From a virus (taxonomy: Duplodnaviria > Heunggongvirae > Uroviricota > Caudoviricetes), in IMG/VR virus record IMGVR_UViG_2579779007_000002: a stretch of DNA of 26,985 nucleotides. One strand, 5' to 3'. How positions within the stretch are numbered: the first letter of the stretch is position 1; every line of letters begins with the position of its first letter. A program made the position numbers and the translations under genes. The notes beneath the pieces are model-generated. The model saw only the letters and a list, made by a program, of their open reading frames with translations. It made no database searches and was not told the DNA's origin. Positions 26,041-26,985 of the stretch are shown here, piece after piece.

Positions 26041-26985
26041 GCTCAGCAGCGCGACCAACAGCACATCTGAAATGCTGGCGGCAACGCCAAAGTCGGTAAA
26101 GGCAGCCTATGACCTTGCTAACGGGAAATATACCGCTCAGGACGCTACGACAGCACAAAAAGGAATTGTCCAGCTCAGTAGTGCAACCAACAGCGCATCT
26201 GAAACGCTTGCCGCGACACCGAAAGCAGTGAAAGCAGCTAATGATAATGCGAATGGTCGGGTACCTTCTGCCCGTAAGGTGAATGGTAAGGCGCTTTCAG
26301 CGGATATAACACTGACGCCGAAAGATATTGGTACGCTTAACTCAACAACAATGTCATTCAGCGGTGGAGCTGGTTGGTTCAAATTAGCAACGGTAACCAT
26401 GCCACAGGCGAGTTCTGTTGTTTCAATTACGTTGATTGGTGGCTCGGGATTTAACGTGGGGTCACCTCAACAGGCAGGTATATCTGAACTTGTTTTGCGT
26501 GCAGGTAATGGTAATCCGAAGGGGATTACTGGTGCTTTATGGCAGCGCACATCGACAGGGTTTACAAATTTTGCCTGGGTCAATACATCTGGTGATACTT
26601 ACGATATTTACGTTGCAATCGGAAATTATGCGACAGGTGTAAATATTCAATGGGATTATACCAGTAATGCCAGCGTGACTATTCATACGTCACCAGCATA
26701 TTCTGCTAATAAGCCGGAAGGGTTAACGGACGGTACAGTTTATTCACTCTATACGCCATCAGAGCAGTTTTATCCGCCTGGCGCACCAATCCCGTGGCCA
26801 TCAGATACCGTTCCGTCTGGTTATGCCCTGATGCAGGGGCAGACTTTTGACAAATCTGCTTACCCGAAACTTGCAACCGCTTATCCGTCAGGCGTGATCC
26901 CTGATATGCGTGGCTGGACGATTAAGGGCAAACCTGCCAGTGGTCGGGCCGTATTGTCTCAGGAACAGGACGGCATTAAATCGCA
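25985..26985 (+). pseudogene. side tail fibre gene, 5'-truncated 3' fragment (runs off window end)
   Basis: Frame open from 25985 to window end with no start codon; from 26036 encodes two tandem QLSSATNS(T/A)[14 protein letters not shown] repeats and ...[68 protein letters not shown], typical of lambda Stf-like fibres. Not in the ORF track because it has no start. Confidence 0.65.

Noticed and set aside
1-26985. CRISPR arrays, tRNA or rRNA genes
   Set aside because: No regularly spaced short direct repeats with unique spacers and no cloverleaf-like or rRNA-like conserved segments were seen; the repeated elements found are operator or transposase-site repeats and protein-coding fibre repeats.

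Overview
Almost the whole window is the left ~26 kb of a phage Mu-family transposable prophage in inverted orientation (phage left end at about 26.04 kb, nearly all genes on the minus strand). Reading right to left: an XRE-type repressor (plus strand), an operator region, ner, the DDE transposase A, the transposition ATPase B, a run of small early accessory ORFs including gam, a GemA-like gene and mor, the late activator C, a lysis cassette (endolysin, overlapping spanins, a TraR-like zinc finger), small and large terminase, portal, F, G, protease/scaffold I, major head protein T, head-tail joining proteins, sheath, tube, chaperone and the start of the tape measure gene. The last ~950 bp (26036-26985) is a 5'-truncated side tail fibre gene that does not belong to the Mu-like element, so the element appears to be inserted into another phage's tail fibre gene. 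The best candidate for something undescribed is an AT-rich ~610 bp insert between the small and large terminase genes carrying three small ORFs of unknown function. The immunity region also looks mosaic, and the early accessory block holds several unassigned ORFs. No rRNA, tRNA or CRISPR array was seen. All homology calls come from recognising protein sequences by eye, not from database searches; gene starts are approximate where noted.
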